A DNA stretch of 64,000 nt from positions 496,001 through 560,000 of the forward strand of contig AP024665.1 of assembly GCA_024346625.1 (NCBI GenBank), written 5' to 3'. Shown here piece after piece: positions 9,143 to 18,800 of this stretch (the first letter of the stretch is position 1; each line of letters begins with the position of its first letter). A program made the translations under genes and the position numbers. The notes beneath the pieces were generated by a model. It was not told the origin of the DNA and made no database searches. It saw only the letters and a list, made by a program, of their open reading frames with translations. Source of the DNA: Williopsis jadinii (taxonomy: Eukaryota).

Positions 9143-11206
9143 ATGTCCAATCACAAGTTGGCAGACCCATCCTATAACAAACAGGAAGTATCACAAATGT
9201 GGGAGACAATATTATCATGTCTTCCACACTGGTTTGATAACATCACAAAAGATGAGAAGAAGATGAGAAAAAAGGTCACACAGCGATATGCGAACATGAC
9301 CCTTGTGGGATCGATATTGTTGATACTGTTGATACCTGTGTGGCGCCGACTTGCACAAAGGCTTCACCTAAGGATGGAAATTAAAACCAACATTATTTGT
9401 ATCATCACCTTGTGGACCGCCATTACTGTTGGCGCTACAACTCTACAGTCTCAGAATGATCTCCTGGTAATCGCAAAGAGATTGGGTAGGATTCCTGTGG
9501 CCCTTATGCCAGCACTTCTTTTGTTAACATCAAGGCCTTCACCTTTACCAACAGTGCTGTACCTTACGCTATTGCCAATTCATAAGTGGCTCTCACGTAT
9601 TGTTGTTATCCAAGGTCTCTTACACACAATTCTGTACCTTTTTTACTTCAATCATAAGGGGACCATGTCGAAAGTCCTCAAATTGGAGAATATCTATGGG
9701 ATTATCGCTATGGTTGCATTTATATTGATTGCCATCACAAGTCTTCCAAGAATACGAAGAATCGCTTTCAAAGTTTTTTATTTTACTCACTATTTAATGA
9801 CATGGGTCTCAGTTCTCGCATTATACTTTCATGCACGTCCTGGGATCCCAGTGTTCACTTCTATCAATATCTTGATATTAGTTTCACAAATCGCATATCG
9901 TGTGCACTACACGACACTGACAAAACTCACGGTTACACCAATGTCTCCAACTTTAGCACTTGTTGAGTTTCCCATCAATTCTATTGCAAGAAGTATGGAA
10001 CTGCCGGTAGGTCATGTTCGCATAAACAATAAGCATAGAGGTCTCAAGGCACTTTGGTATCATTTGGTGCCATTTCAACATCCATTTACAGTTTCAAGTT
10101 TACCCACGGATGAAACCGTCAAGCTCATTGTTCGTCGTGGAACGTTTCCATTGATCTCTAACCATCATTATTATATCACAGGAGCTTTTGAACCAGAGCT
10201 TGCATTCATTCATTCAAAAGCTAAAAAGAATAAAAGTGTTCGCCAGCCTCTACTTGGGGGACAATTCGGGGGCCCGATGGACTATAATATCACAGCAGAG
10301 CGTGTGTTGATCATCGTTGGTGGATCTGGAATTTCCTTTGGATTACCATTATACCGTTTATTAAACTATAACGGTATTTCTGTGAGGTTGATCTGGGTTT
10401 GTAAAGATATAAGGGACCTCAACATATTGAACTGGTTTCGTGGTATACAAGGTATCGAGTGTTACATTACTGGTGAAAATGATATAGAAGTTGACTACTA
10501 TGATGATCAGAAGCATGGCTTAGATGCACCAACTATCGAGTATTATGGCTCACTCGATGACGATGCAAGTGAAATAGACTTCACCACTTTGGGCCGTGAG
10601 TACAAGGAAGCACATAATATAGGACCATCATCGCCGCTATCGTTATCATCGCCACATACGGTCTTGACACCTATGCCGTCGCTATCACCTTTGAAGCGTG
10701 TACCAAAGTACGACTCTGCACCAGTTAAAAAGGTTCCTTCGTTCAAACGTCTTGCCCAGGCCAAATCCGTCCCTGTTTTACACCCTGATAGACTGTTAGA
10801 TAAGCCATCTACAAAATCGCTCAATTTCCATGAGAACATCCACATTGCAACTTCAGGTCAGTGTTCCTTCACCACAACTCCGCCACACTTAGCCCATCTA
10901 CCAAGAAGTGAGCTTCCAGAGTTCGAGAAGTTAAAACTACCTGCGTCCGTGAGAGTATTTTCCGGCAGACCGAACTTGGGAGCAGAAGACTACGACTGGT
11001 GTACTCAAACATCATGTATTGGTCCTCGTATCGAGCATGGAAAAAGCGTCTGCTGTCGTGATGTCCAAGATGATGGCGCACACAAAAGAGTCAACAAAGA
11101 AAACGTATGGGTTATAGGCGCAGGACCACAAGGCCTTGTTGATGAAGCCGGTGATTGGGCAAAGGAAGGTGGCTTGAGATGGCATGGCGAATCCTTTTCT
11201 GTATAG
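9143..11206 (+). CDS. FRE8: Ferric reductase-like transmembrane protein (Fre8-like)
   Basis: KRLGRI..ALMP..L.RPSPLP..LYL.LLP.HKW.SR, heme-ligand His in TMs, FAD motif HPFT, NAD motif GGSGISF, HGESF end; adjacent to RPS0 like FRE8/RPS0B. Confidence 0.88.
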   Translation: MSNHKLADPSYNKQEVSQMWETILSCLPHWFDNITKDEKKMRKKVTQRYANMTLVGSILLILLIPVWRRLAQRLHLRMEIKTNIICIITLWTAITVGATTLQSQNDLLVIAKRLGRIPVALMPALLLLTSRPSPLPTVLYLTLLPIHKWLSRIVVIQGLLHTILYLFYFNHKGTMSKVLKLENIYGIIAMVAFILIAITSLPRIRRIAFKVFYFTHYLMTWVSVLALYFHARPGIPVFTSINILILVSQIAYRVHYTTLTKLTVTPMSPTLALVEFPINSIARSMELPVGHVRINNKHRGLKALWYHLVPFQHPFTVSSLPTDETVKLIVRRGTFPLISNHHYYITGAFEPELAFIHSKAKKNKSVRQPLLGGQFGGPMDYNITAERVLIIVGGSGISFGLPLYRLLNYNGISVRLIWVCKDIRDLNILNWFRGIQGIECYITGENDIEVDYYDDQKHGLDAPTIEYYGSLDDDASEIDFTTLGREYKEAHNIGPSSPLSLSSPHTVLTPMPSLSPLKRVPKYDSAPVKKVPSFKRLAQAKSVPVLHPDRLLDKPSTKSLNFHENIHIATSGQCSFTTTPPHLAHLPRSELPEFEKLKLPASVRVFSGRPNLGAEDYDWCTQTSCIGPRIEHGKSVCCRDVQDDGAHKRVNKENVWVIGAGPQGLVDEAGDWAKEGGLRWHGESFSV

Positions 11207-11348
11207 TGATGTTTATTTTAGCATTTCGTAATCAATTTGAATGACCTATTTATGACTGCAACAGTTGGTTACCTCGTACGCTCTAATATCAGTTCATGTC
11301 CCCCCCCCCCCAAGTCTGTCCAAGCTCTGGTGGTGTTTGGGTGTATCA

Positions 11349-11358
11349 TGACACAAAT
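11349..11358 (+). promoter_or_regulatory. Middle sporulation element (Ndt80/Sum1 site) upstream of AMA1
   Basis: TGACACAAAT matches gNCRCAAAW; second CACAAA core near 11497. Confidence 0.6.
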
Positions 11359-11775
11359 CCTATGCACTCGGCTACCGGAGAAAACGAGAAACGAAACTGT
11401 GTGGGGGAAGCGCCCGGTTACATTTAATCAACATTCCAACGGCTTTGTACTTCGAGGCCACTAAGTAACAAACATGGGAGTCCTTTCGTTTAGATCCACA
11501 AATCTCTTAAATAAAAGTAAATTATCATCCTCTCATTAACTCCCCACCAGTATATAGTGCCGCAAGCTAGTTGTAGCACCAAAACTTACTCCTTTGCTAC
11601 CAAATACTGCTCCATTGCTTTCTATACAAGGCTAATAAATTTTGCACCAATCACTATTGAAGGCTGCTGGGTAGAGGTTTTCCACTTCACTGCTTAGTGA
11701 TAATCTCTGACCTATAACCAAAGACCAAATTCATCAGAGCCAGATATAAAATATTGTCTCCTTGAAAATTTAGAC

Positions 11776-13356
11776 ATGTTCAGGTACTTCAATGACTCAG
11801 AACAGTACAAAGCACAGCTTGCACCGACAGAGCAGAAGATAATGGATCGTTTCATTCCAAGGGTGCTGTCATCACACTCATACAGATCACGCCTGGAGGA
11901 ACCAGTCGTTGTTGACGAAGCGCTCTTGAATTTGGGCTCCACCTCGATCAACGAGGGATCGAGGATGCTAGACATCACAGCCGCTAGGCGCTCACTAAGT
12001 GACGAACGCTCAGCCTTGGAAGATGTCCATAGCAAGGCGATTCGAGACCTGTTGGAGTTTATCCCAGATCGCAGAGTGTTCAGCTTTGTACCCCAGACAC
12101 CACAGAGACGGTCATTTACATCTGGGTTGGCCGTCAGCTCCTCTGGCGGTAAGACTGCTAGTGAGTCTTCTGCAAACAGTGGAAGTGGCGGTATCTCAGC
12201 AAGAAGTAGCGATATATTTTCAAGGGTTATTGGTACTTATTCTTCCTCCAGAACGTCTTTTGAATCAGATATCTCTTCAATGGCTTCACCATCGAAAAAG
12301 CGCAAGGTTCCCATCAAATCAAACATACCATTAAGGGTCCTAGACGCGCCAAGTTTGACTAACGACTTCTATACCAATGTTGTCTCGTGGAGTCGACAGT
12401 CCAATCGAATCGCTGTGGGGCTAGCTTCAGAGGTTTATCTTTGGCGTGAGGATGAAGTTGCTTGTCTCTTAGACCTCCCTGAAGGCCGCAGTGTTTCTTG
12501 CGTGAGCTTCTCAGACGGCGAGTATATAATTGTGGGTACCAAGGAGGGAAATGTATATTTGTTCTCGCAGCTCAGGTCCACAATGTTGGACCATTACTTC
12601 AATCAATCCAATGGTGTTTGCTGCATAGAATGGTTCCCCAATAAGCCCAATACTTTTCTCGCTGGAGATGACAATGGCTTAGTGTTATGTATAGAGATCC
12701 TTCCTCCCGGAAAGCTCAACTTGATTACCAAGTTTAAATGCCACCAGCAACAGGTATGTGGTATAGCCATTTGCTGTGATGGTAATCAAGCTGCAATTGG
12801 TGGAAATGACAATTGTTGTGCAATATGGGACATGAAAACTGTCACGCAGCCTAAACTCTTGTTTCAGCTTCCACATCAAGCAGCTGTAAAGGCAGTGGCT
12901 TATTGTCCTTGGTCAAAATCGCTTTTAGCTACTGGTGGTGGGTCTAAAGATCGAACTATTCGTTTTTGGCATTCCAATTCTGGCACTCTTTTAAACACGA
13001 TTGAAGCCAGAGGACAGGTCACTTCGTTGAACTGGTCAAACAGGAAAAAACAGATTACGCTGACGTTTGGATTTGGTGATACAAAGAAATCGAAATTAAT
13101 CATCGTGTATTCATACCCACAAATGGAGGAGTTGATCCAGGTTGATGCTGCTCCTAATCTCAGAATTCTTTCATCTGCACTTTCACCAGACTGCAGTACA
13201 CTTTGTGTTGCCTCAAACGATGAGACTGTCAGGTTTTACCAATTCTGGAACCCAGATGATAGCGTGATAATGGAAAGCCCAGAAGGTGGTGTTTTTGGTA
13301 GCGATTTGATCGATCTCAGTGAAGGTATGACCGAAAGAGGTGATTCCATCCGTTAA
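11776..13356 (+). CDS. AMA1: Meiosis-specific APC/C activator Ama1 (Cdc20 family WD40)
   Basis: C-box DRFIP, RVLDAP..NDFY, QQVCG, AAVKA..CPW..SLLATGGGSKDR, TFGFGD, C-terminal IR tail. Confidence 0.93.
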   Translation: MFRYFNDSEQYKAQLAPTEQKIMDRFIPRVLSSHSYRSRLEEPVVVDEALLNLGSTSINEGSRMLDITAARRSLSDERSALEDVHSKAIRDLLEFIPDRRVFSFVPQTPQRRSFTSGLAVSSSGGKTASESSANSGSGGISARSSDIFSRVIGTYSSSRTSFESDISSMASPSKKRKVPIKSNIPLRVLDAPSLTNDFYTNVVSWSRQSNRIAVGLASEVYLWREDEVACLLDLPEGRSVSCVSFSDGEYIIVGTKEGNVYLFSQLRSTMLDHYFNQSNGVCCIEWFPNKPNTFLAGDDNGLVLCIEILPPGKLNLITKFKCHQQQVCGIAICCDGNQAAIGGNDNCCAIWDMKTVTQPKLLFQLPHQAAVKAVAYCPWSKSLLATGGGSKDRTIRFWHSNSGTLLNTIEARGQVTSLNWSNRKKQITLTFGFGDTKKSKLIIVYSYPQMEELIQVDAAPNLRILSSALSPDCSTLCVASNDETVRFYQFWNPDDSVIMESPEGGVFGSDLIDLSEGMTERGDSIR

Positions 13357-13365
13357 TCAAAATGA

Positions 13366-15273
13366 CTACTCCTGTTTTGTAGCCTTTTCAGGAGATCTTG
13401 TGTTCCTTATTTCCTGTAGAAGCATCTTTGTAGGCATGTGATCTGAAGGTAAAGTGGAGTACAACAGCTTGTAAAACTTGTTTCTCTGAACGTAAACTGG
13501 ACGGCCAACCAATAGTCCTGTAATAACAGGAGCACTCAAATACGACTCTTGAAGTTTTTGTAAGACATTTCGGAATGGAGCAAACATATCTGTGAGTGCG
13601 ATGGGTTTGATACGTAAGTGTATATACCCATTTAAAGACGAGCATGCCACTCCACCAGGAACCCTCTTGTAGTCTTTGACTCTTGACAGGAGTATAAACA
13701 GTGGAAAGTGATTCAGCAATGACATGGTCATCTCCAATAACCCAGTGATTAGAAGAATAACAACTGCTGTGATGGTGAAAGTCAAGTAGAATATCAGCAC
13801 TGTTGGCAACAAAAACGATAAGACCGTGAATATAAGGGTTCCCAGTAGTTGTTGGTCAAGTGTGTAGTCGTTCGAGTCCACTCTATGACGTAAAACGTTC
13901 TTCTTTTGCCCACAGAACAATCTGAACAACGAGCGAATTGCACTGAGCTGTCCATGATAGATCTTTGCGCTGGCCAGATAGAAGTAGTAAATATGGAAAG
14001 TCAATATTGATAGCATATCAGAAAACACTGCAATTCCAAACGTGGCACCAAACAAGGATGACACACTGATAATACGTATCACTGTACTGTAGTTTGGCCT
14101 TAAGCGGTCAATGAGCGCCATTTTCCAGAATTCTATTATCCATCTGAAGAAATCACTCAGAAATGCAGACAATTCGTTGTTGAGTTTGATGCCACCAGGT
14201 GCATCCATAAGCCACATGAGAATGCTGTTCAAATCAGAGTAGAGCACCTTTGAGACCACGTACTTATCAAAAACGTTGACTATTTGATTTTTGTTTTCAT
14301 TCAGGAAAGAGCTCACGACATACCCCAACGTTACGTCGTTGATCACAAGCCAGAGAGTATTGTAGAGCCTTATATACTCTGCAAACTGGTCCTTTGGTAG
14401 CAGCTTGGTCTTATGAGATTCCATCTGCCGTGAAGTGTGTAAGTATTGAATGGGCAAGTAAGAAAACTGTTGTAATCTCAGATCGATCTGTTGTGCTGTT
14501 GCAGAAATGTCAATCAAGCGTGGTAAGTTTGATGGCATCTTCATGTTCATGATATAGATAAGCCATAAACTGATGTGCCGTGCAGCAATCAGCGTGTATA
14601 GGTAAGTTATCGATAATGGTTTGAGCATCTTGGCCATGATCCTGAATATCATATATGGTATTTGGGAGATCTTCTGTCGCAACTGCCTGCAAATGGAATC
14701 ATCCAGCCAAGTCTGTTGCATTTGCGGAATCTGGGTCAAAAGCAAAGTTCTTTCAATCCAGCACCTGTTGAGAGTCTCCACTGACTGTGTGAAGTGCAAA
14801 TCCTGTGGTGTGAACGCACGCCTGTGACCATGTGTCCTCACCATATCAACATACGGACTCGTCTTTTCATTAAGACTTTGGGAAAGGTAGAGCTCAATCG
14901 GTGATGCTGTGTATAACTGCATGGACCTCGGTAGAGGTGGCTCGAAGCTTACAATCATCGAATCTCGACATGCGATGAGGCCCTTGTCATCCAGAAAGAA
15001 CTCTTTCCAGTGCTGTGAACCGTTCTTTGCAGGAGCATCGCCAAAGTATCCAACTATCGATACATCTGTCTCCCTACAATTCAACGACACCGAGCCATTG
15101 GCCTCAAGCCTCAGCACACGCGTGTCCACAAGCTCAACAACCTTGTTGTAAGTGATCACATTCACAACAACCACGCTGCTGTGGTTCACCTGCAGCCCCA
15201 GCACCAGACCATTGAGCGCCCCAGCTCTTTCAAGAGACTTCAACAGATCCACTGGCCAATACACTTGAAACAT
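13366..15273 (-). CDS. GPI1: GPI-GlcNAc transferase subunit Gpi1 (PIG-Q)
   Basis: YIRLYNTLWLVIND, WLM.APGGIKLNNEL, LFRLFCGQKKNVLR.R.D, QQLLGTL motifs; likely start MFQVYWP at 15273, with the upstream in-frame part of the track ORF being promoter. Confidence 0.93.
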   Translation of the reverse strand: MFQVYWPVDLLKSLERAGALNGLVLGLQVNHSSVVVVNVITYNKVVELVDTRVLRLEANGSVSLNCRETDVSIVGYFGDAPAKNGSQHWKEFFLDDKGLIACRDSMIVSFEPPLPRSMQLYTASPIELYLSQSLNEKTSPYVDMVRTHGHRRAFTPQDLHFTQSVETLNRCWIERTLLLTQIPQMQQTWLDDSICRQLRQKISQIPYMIFRIMAKMLKPLSITYLYTLIAARHISLWLIYIMNMKMPSNLPRLIDISATAQQIDLRLQQFSYLPIQYLHTSRQMESHKTKLLPKDQFAEYIRLYNTLWLVINDVTLGYVVSSFLNENKNQIVNVFDKYVVSKVLYSDLNSILMWLMDAPGGIKLNNELSAFLSDFFRWIIEFWKMALIDRLRPNYSTVIRIISVSSLFGATFGIAVFSDMLSILTFHIYYFYLASAKIYHGQLSAIRSLFRLFCGQKKNVLRHRVDSNDYTLDQQLLGTLIFTVLSFLLPTVLIFYLTFTITAVVILLITGLLEMTMSLLNHFPLFILLSRVKDYKRVPGGVACSSLNGYIHLRIKPIALTDMFAPFRNVLQKLQESYLSAPVITGLLVGRPVYVQRNKFYKLLYSTLPSDHMPTKMLLQEIRNTRSPEKATKQE

Positions 15274-15637
15274 CCAACCCCTGTGATACCGCAATGTCGC
15301 CCACTTTATCGACCAAAGCGTACTGTCTGTCCCAAAGCTCAAGATGACGTAGACGGCTTGAGAAACACTGCGACACCACATCTTCGTTACGGGACACATA
15401 CATATACCTGTAAATCCCAGATGTTGTACGGTAACCAACCTAAAAGGGCAATCCCTTGTTTGGAGAAAAGGGCAAAAAAGGCAGCTTTCACATACACACA
15501 GGATCCTGTGTATTGAAGAAGTGTTCGTCCTCCAGTCTGCGAAGGGAAGTGTGAGGCGGTTTGCTTTTGTTCGACACGCTTTGGCCCGCTCTCTCTTATA
15601 AGAACCTTCCATTTTGATCTTTCAAGCGTGTGGCCCG

Positions 15638-15653
15638 CAAGCACACAGCCACC
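15638..15653 (-). promoter_or_regulatory. Calcineurin-dependent response element (Crz1 site) upstream of CCH1
   Basis: Reverse strand GGTGGCTGTGTGCTTG contains the Crz1 core GGTGGCTGTG, 150 bp before the CCH1 ATG. Confidence 0.65.
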
Positions 15654-15802
15654 AAGGGAGACCCGATAAATAGAAGAACGTGGGGACTCTGCGGTGAAAA
15701 CGAAGCGTAGACAGGTCACTGCGCCGTATATAGCCATACATCTACTTGCTAGCGTCTGTGGTTGATACATAGGCGCACACGTTATTGAGGAGCCATACAA
15801 AG

Positions 15803-18800
15803 ATGGACAGACCTGGGACAAGAAGGCCGTCAGATAGTGAGTTGAGGTACATTCCACAGTTCCAGATCAGTGATGGCTCTGCGCTTGAAGATGATGCCAA
15901 TGACGAAGATCGGCTTCCCGTTGTTGCTAATGACTTCCTGACACCAGGGGATAACAGACAGAGTTACTTGTCTGTGCGTTCACCAGGATCCTACACGAGG
16001 TCAGGTGCACGCTCACGGTCCTACTCACATTCACAGTCGCATTCGAGAGACACATCCAGGTCCAACAGCCCAACAAGGAGGTCTCTGTCTATTTTCCGCT
16101 CACAGTCCCCTCTGTCCTTATTGCCTTCAATATCAAGAAACTCTGACGTTTCAGATGACCGGCTTGAAAACATGTCCTTCATGGATGATCTCGTCGGTGC
16201 CGATGACATATCGGAGCTGAAGGCGGATATCAAGAGTGCACTCGGTGACGGTGAAGACAATTCAGGGGCATGGCTTGCACCTGCACAGTCCAGGTCGAAG
16301 AATAACTCCAAGGCGAGTCTCTTGTCTCACGATAGCGGCATAGAACTGGATGTTATCAAATCCAGAGATGGTGAATACCAAGACAATGAGCCGGATTCAT
16401 TGGCCGATGCTTCACATGCTCACCAGCAACAAAGAGGCCTCCAGAATACGAAAACGCTGACCGTGGGTGACCTGTTCAAACAGATCTATGATAAGTTCGT
16501 GAACAACGATGGAGGAAGGTTTGGCTATAAGCGTGGGCTTCCAAAGCTCGATGAAGAGCAAAACATTGGTGATTCGTTTGAATCTCGACCTCAACTGCCC
16601 ATTAGGCTCTATGGTAATTCGTTGAAACTGTTTTCTCCACAGAGTAAGTTAAGGCATAGACTGGCCAAGATTCTCTTGAATCCTTGGGCAGATAGAGTAT
16701 GTGGTTTGATATTGCTGCTCCAGGTTGCACTCTTAGCATATCGCCAGTGGAATCCAGAGACGCCAGTGGGTGTCGTCACGTTTGGGGTTAAATGGTCTGA
16801 TTGGTTCATACTCGCCATCAACGTACTCTTCACAGTGGAAATCGTCATCAAGTGCATCGCTTGGGGTATGTGGGACGACTCCCAGGCCTATAAGGCGTTC
16901 AGCTTACAATACTTGGGCATTCGGGAAATTTTGCGGTTACACAGGGTGAAGGAGTTCTTTCTCCCTAAGGGAACGGACTATACACTGTCTGCAAAGAGAG
17001 AGGATTATACAAGACCATTGATGTTCAGTACTGGACAAGAAGGGAATTTACCGGTACCTAGGGCTTATCTCAGAGGAAGCTGGAACAGAGTGGATTTCGT
17101 ATCAACGATTTGTTTCTGGTTGAATTTCTTCCTCAGTGTTGATCAATTCAACTCCAGGCATCACATATCCTTATTCAGGGCACTGGAGTGTCTGAGAGTT
17201 CTCCGTATAACAACACTTACTGAACGGATCGGACTACTCATGAAAAGTATCAAACTGGGATTACCCCAGATCATCGACGTCCTCATCTTCTTTGCCTACT
17301 TTTGGACATTGTTTTCGATTATAGGTGTTCAAAGCTTCAAATCTTCCTTGAGGCGTTACTGTGTTTGGACAAACCCCGATGATCCATCTGACACTTACCA
17401 AACAGAACAATATTGCGGTGGCTCCTACTATCGTAAAGCCGATGGCACGTTGGGAAGGAGGCCATATGTGTTACTCAGTGGAGAAAGAGGGCCCCGGGCA
17501 AAAGGTTTCCTGTGTCCTGTGAACTCGGAGTGTATTGAACTCGAGAATGCTAATCAGAACACTTTTAGCTATGACAATATCCTGAACTCGTTTCAAATGA
17601 CCTTCGTCATCATGAGTGCGAATACTTTCACAGACATTATGTACGATCTGATGTACTCGGAAAGCTTGGCTGCCAGTATCTACTTTGTCTGTGGTACGTG
17701 TATCTTGTTTCTATGGATGGTTAACCTACTTATTGCCGTGATCAACTCTTCGTTCTCTATTGCCCGTGAGACGGATGAGAAATTCAAAAAGAAGGGAACA
17801 AGAAACGGTGATGTAGACCTGGAATTCGACTTTGTTCTTGGTTGGCCTTCCCGGATCTACACTAAAGTCAGAAAGCTATTTGACCTACTCACAGTGTTGG
17901 GACTCATCTTTTCTTCCAGCAGCACAGATGGTGATGATCTGCTATTTAGAGTGCAGTGCTCGTTGAGTTTCATCTTTGTTCTTGAAATAATCTGGAGATT
18001 CTTCTGCTACTATCCAGAAGGTTCGAGGTTCTTTAAGGTCAAGCGTAATATCTTTGATCTCTTGCTTACACTGGTCACTTTGATAATGGCAATACCGAAT
18101 GTTGCACAGAACATGGGTAGGGTCTACGCTTGGCTAACAGTCTTTCAGATTGCCAGGTTCTACAGATGTGTTCTTCTTTTACCCTTTGTTAGAAGATTAT
18201 GGGTTCAAGTTTGGGGAAGTGTCAATCTGATATTGGATCTATCACTGTTCTATTTCCTTCTCACTTTCGCTTGCAGTATCATCTTTGCGAGATACTTTGA
18301 AGGGTATGCAACCTTCGATGATGATATTTTGTTTCCATTGAGCACTCTTCCAAATGTGTTTTTGGCTTTATACGTTATCACATCTACTGAAAACTGGACT
18401 GAGATACTGTATGAAATGCAAACGGTTGCCCCGAATAAGGCATCCATTTTCTTTCTGACTGCCTTGACCATCATTTGGTTCATTCTATCCAATACTATTG
18501 TGTTTAATCTTTTCATTGGTATCATTGGAGACAGTTTGAAAGCCTCTGAACCAACCAAGAGAAGAGAACAAGTGAAGAAGTTTGTATTTGTTGACTTTCC
18601 AAGAAGGCTAAAAGCAATGACCAAGACCAGTGTTCTTCAAGATCTTCGCTTAAGAGTGTTCCACGGACGTCAAGATCGAGACATGAATTTAGAAGTGGAG
18701 AAGCTGCTGCTCAATGGTGCTGCTGTACAACAGTTTTTGCAGGATGAGCTCAATGAGAGTGAGAAACTGACGGAAGATGATGTGAAGTTTTATCATGAAT

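Noticed and set aside
15274..15612. N-terminal extension of GPI1 in the ORF track (also the extensions on PHB2, RDI1, SQT1, EGH1, SNF3 and CCH1)
   Set aside because: These mostly start at TTG/GTG or run through promoter sequence; family similarity begins at the downstream ATG
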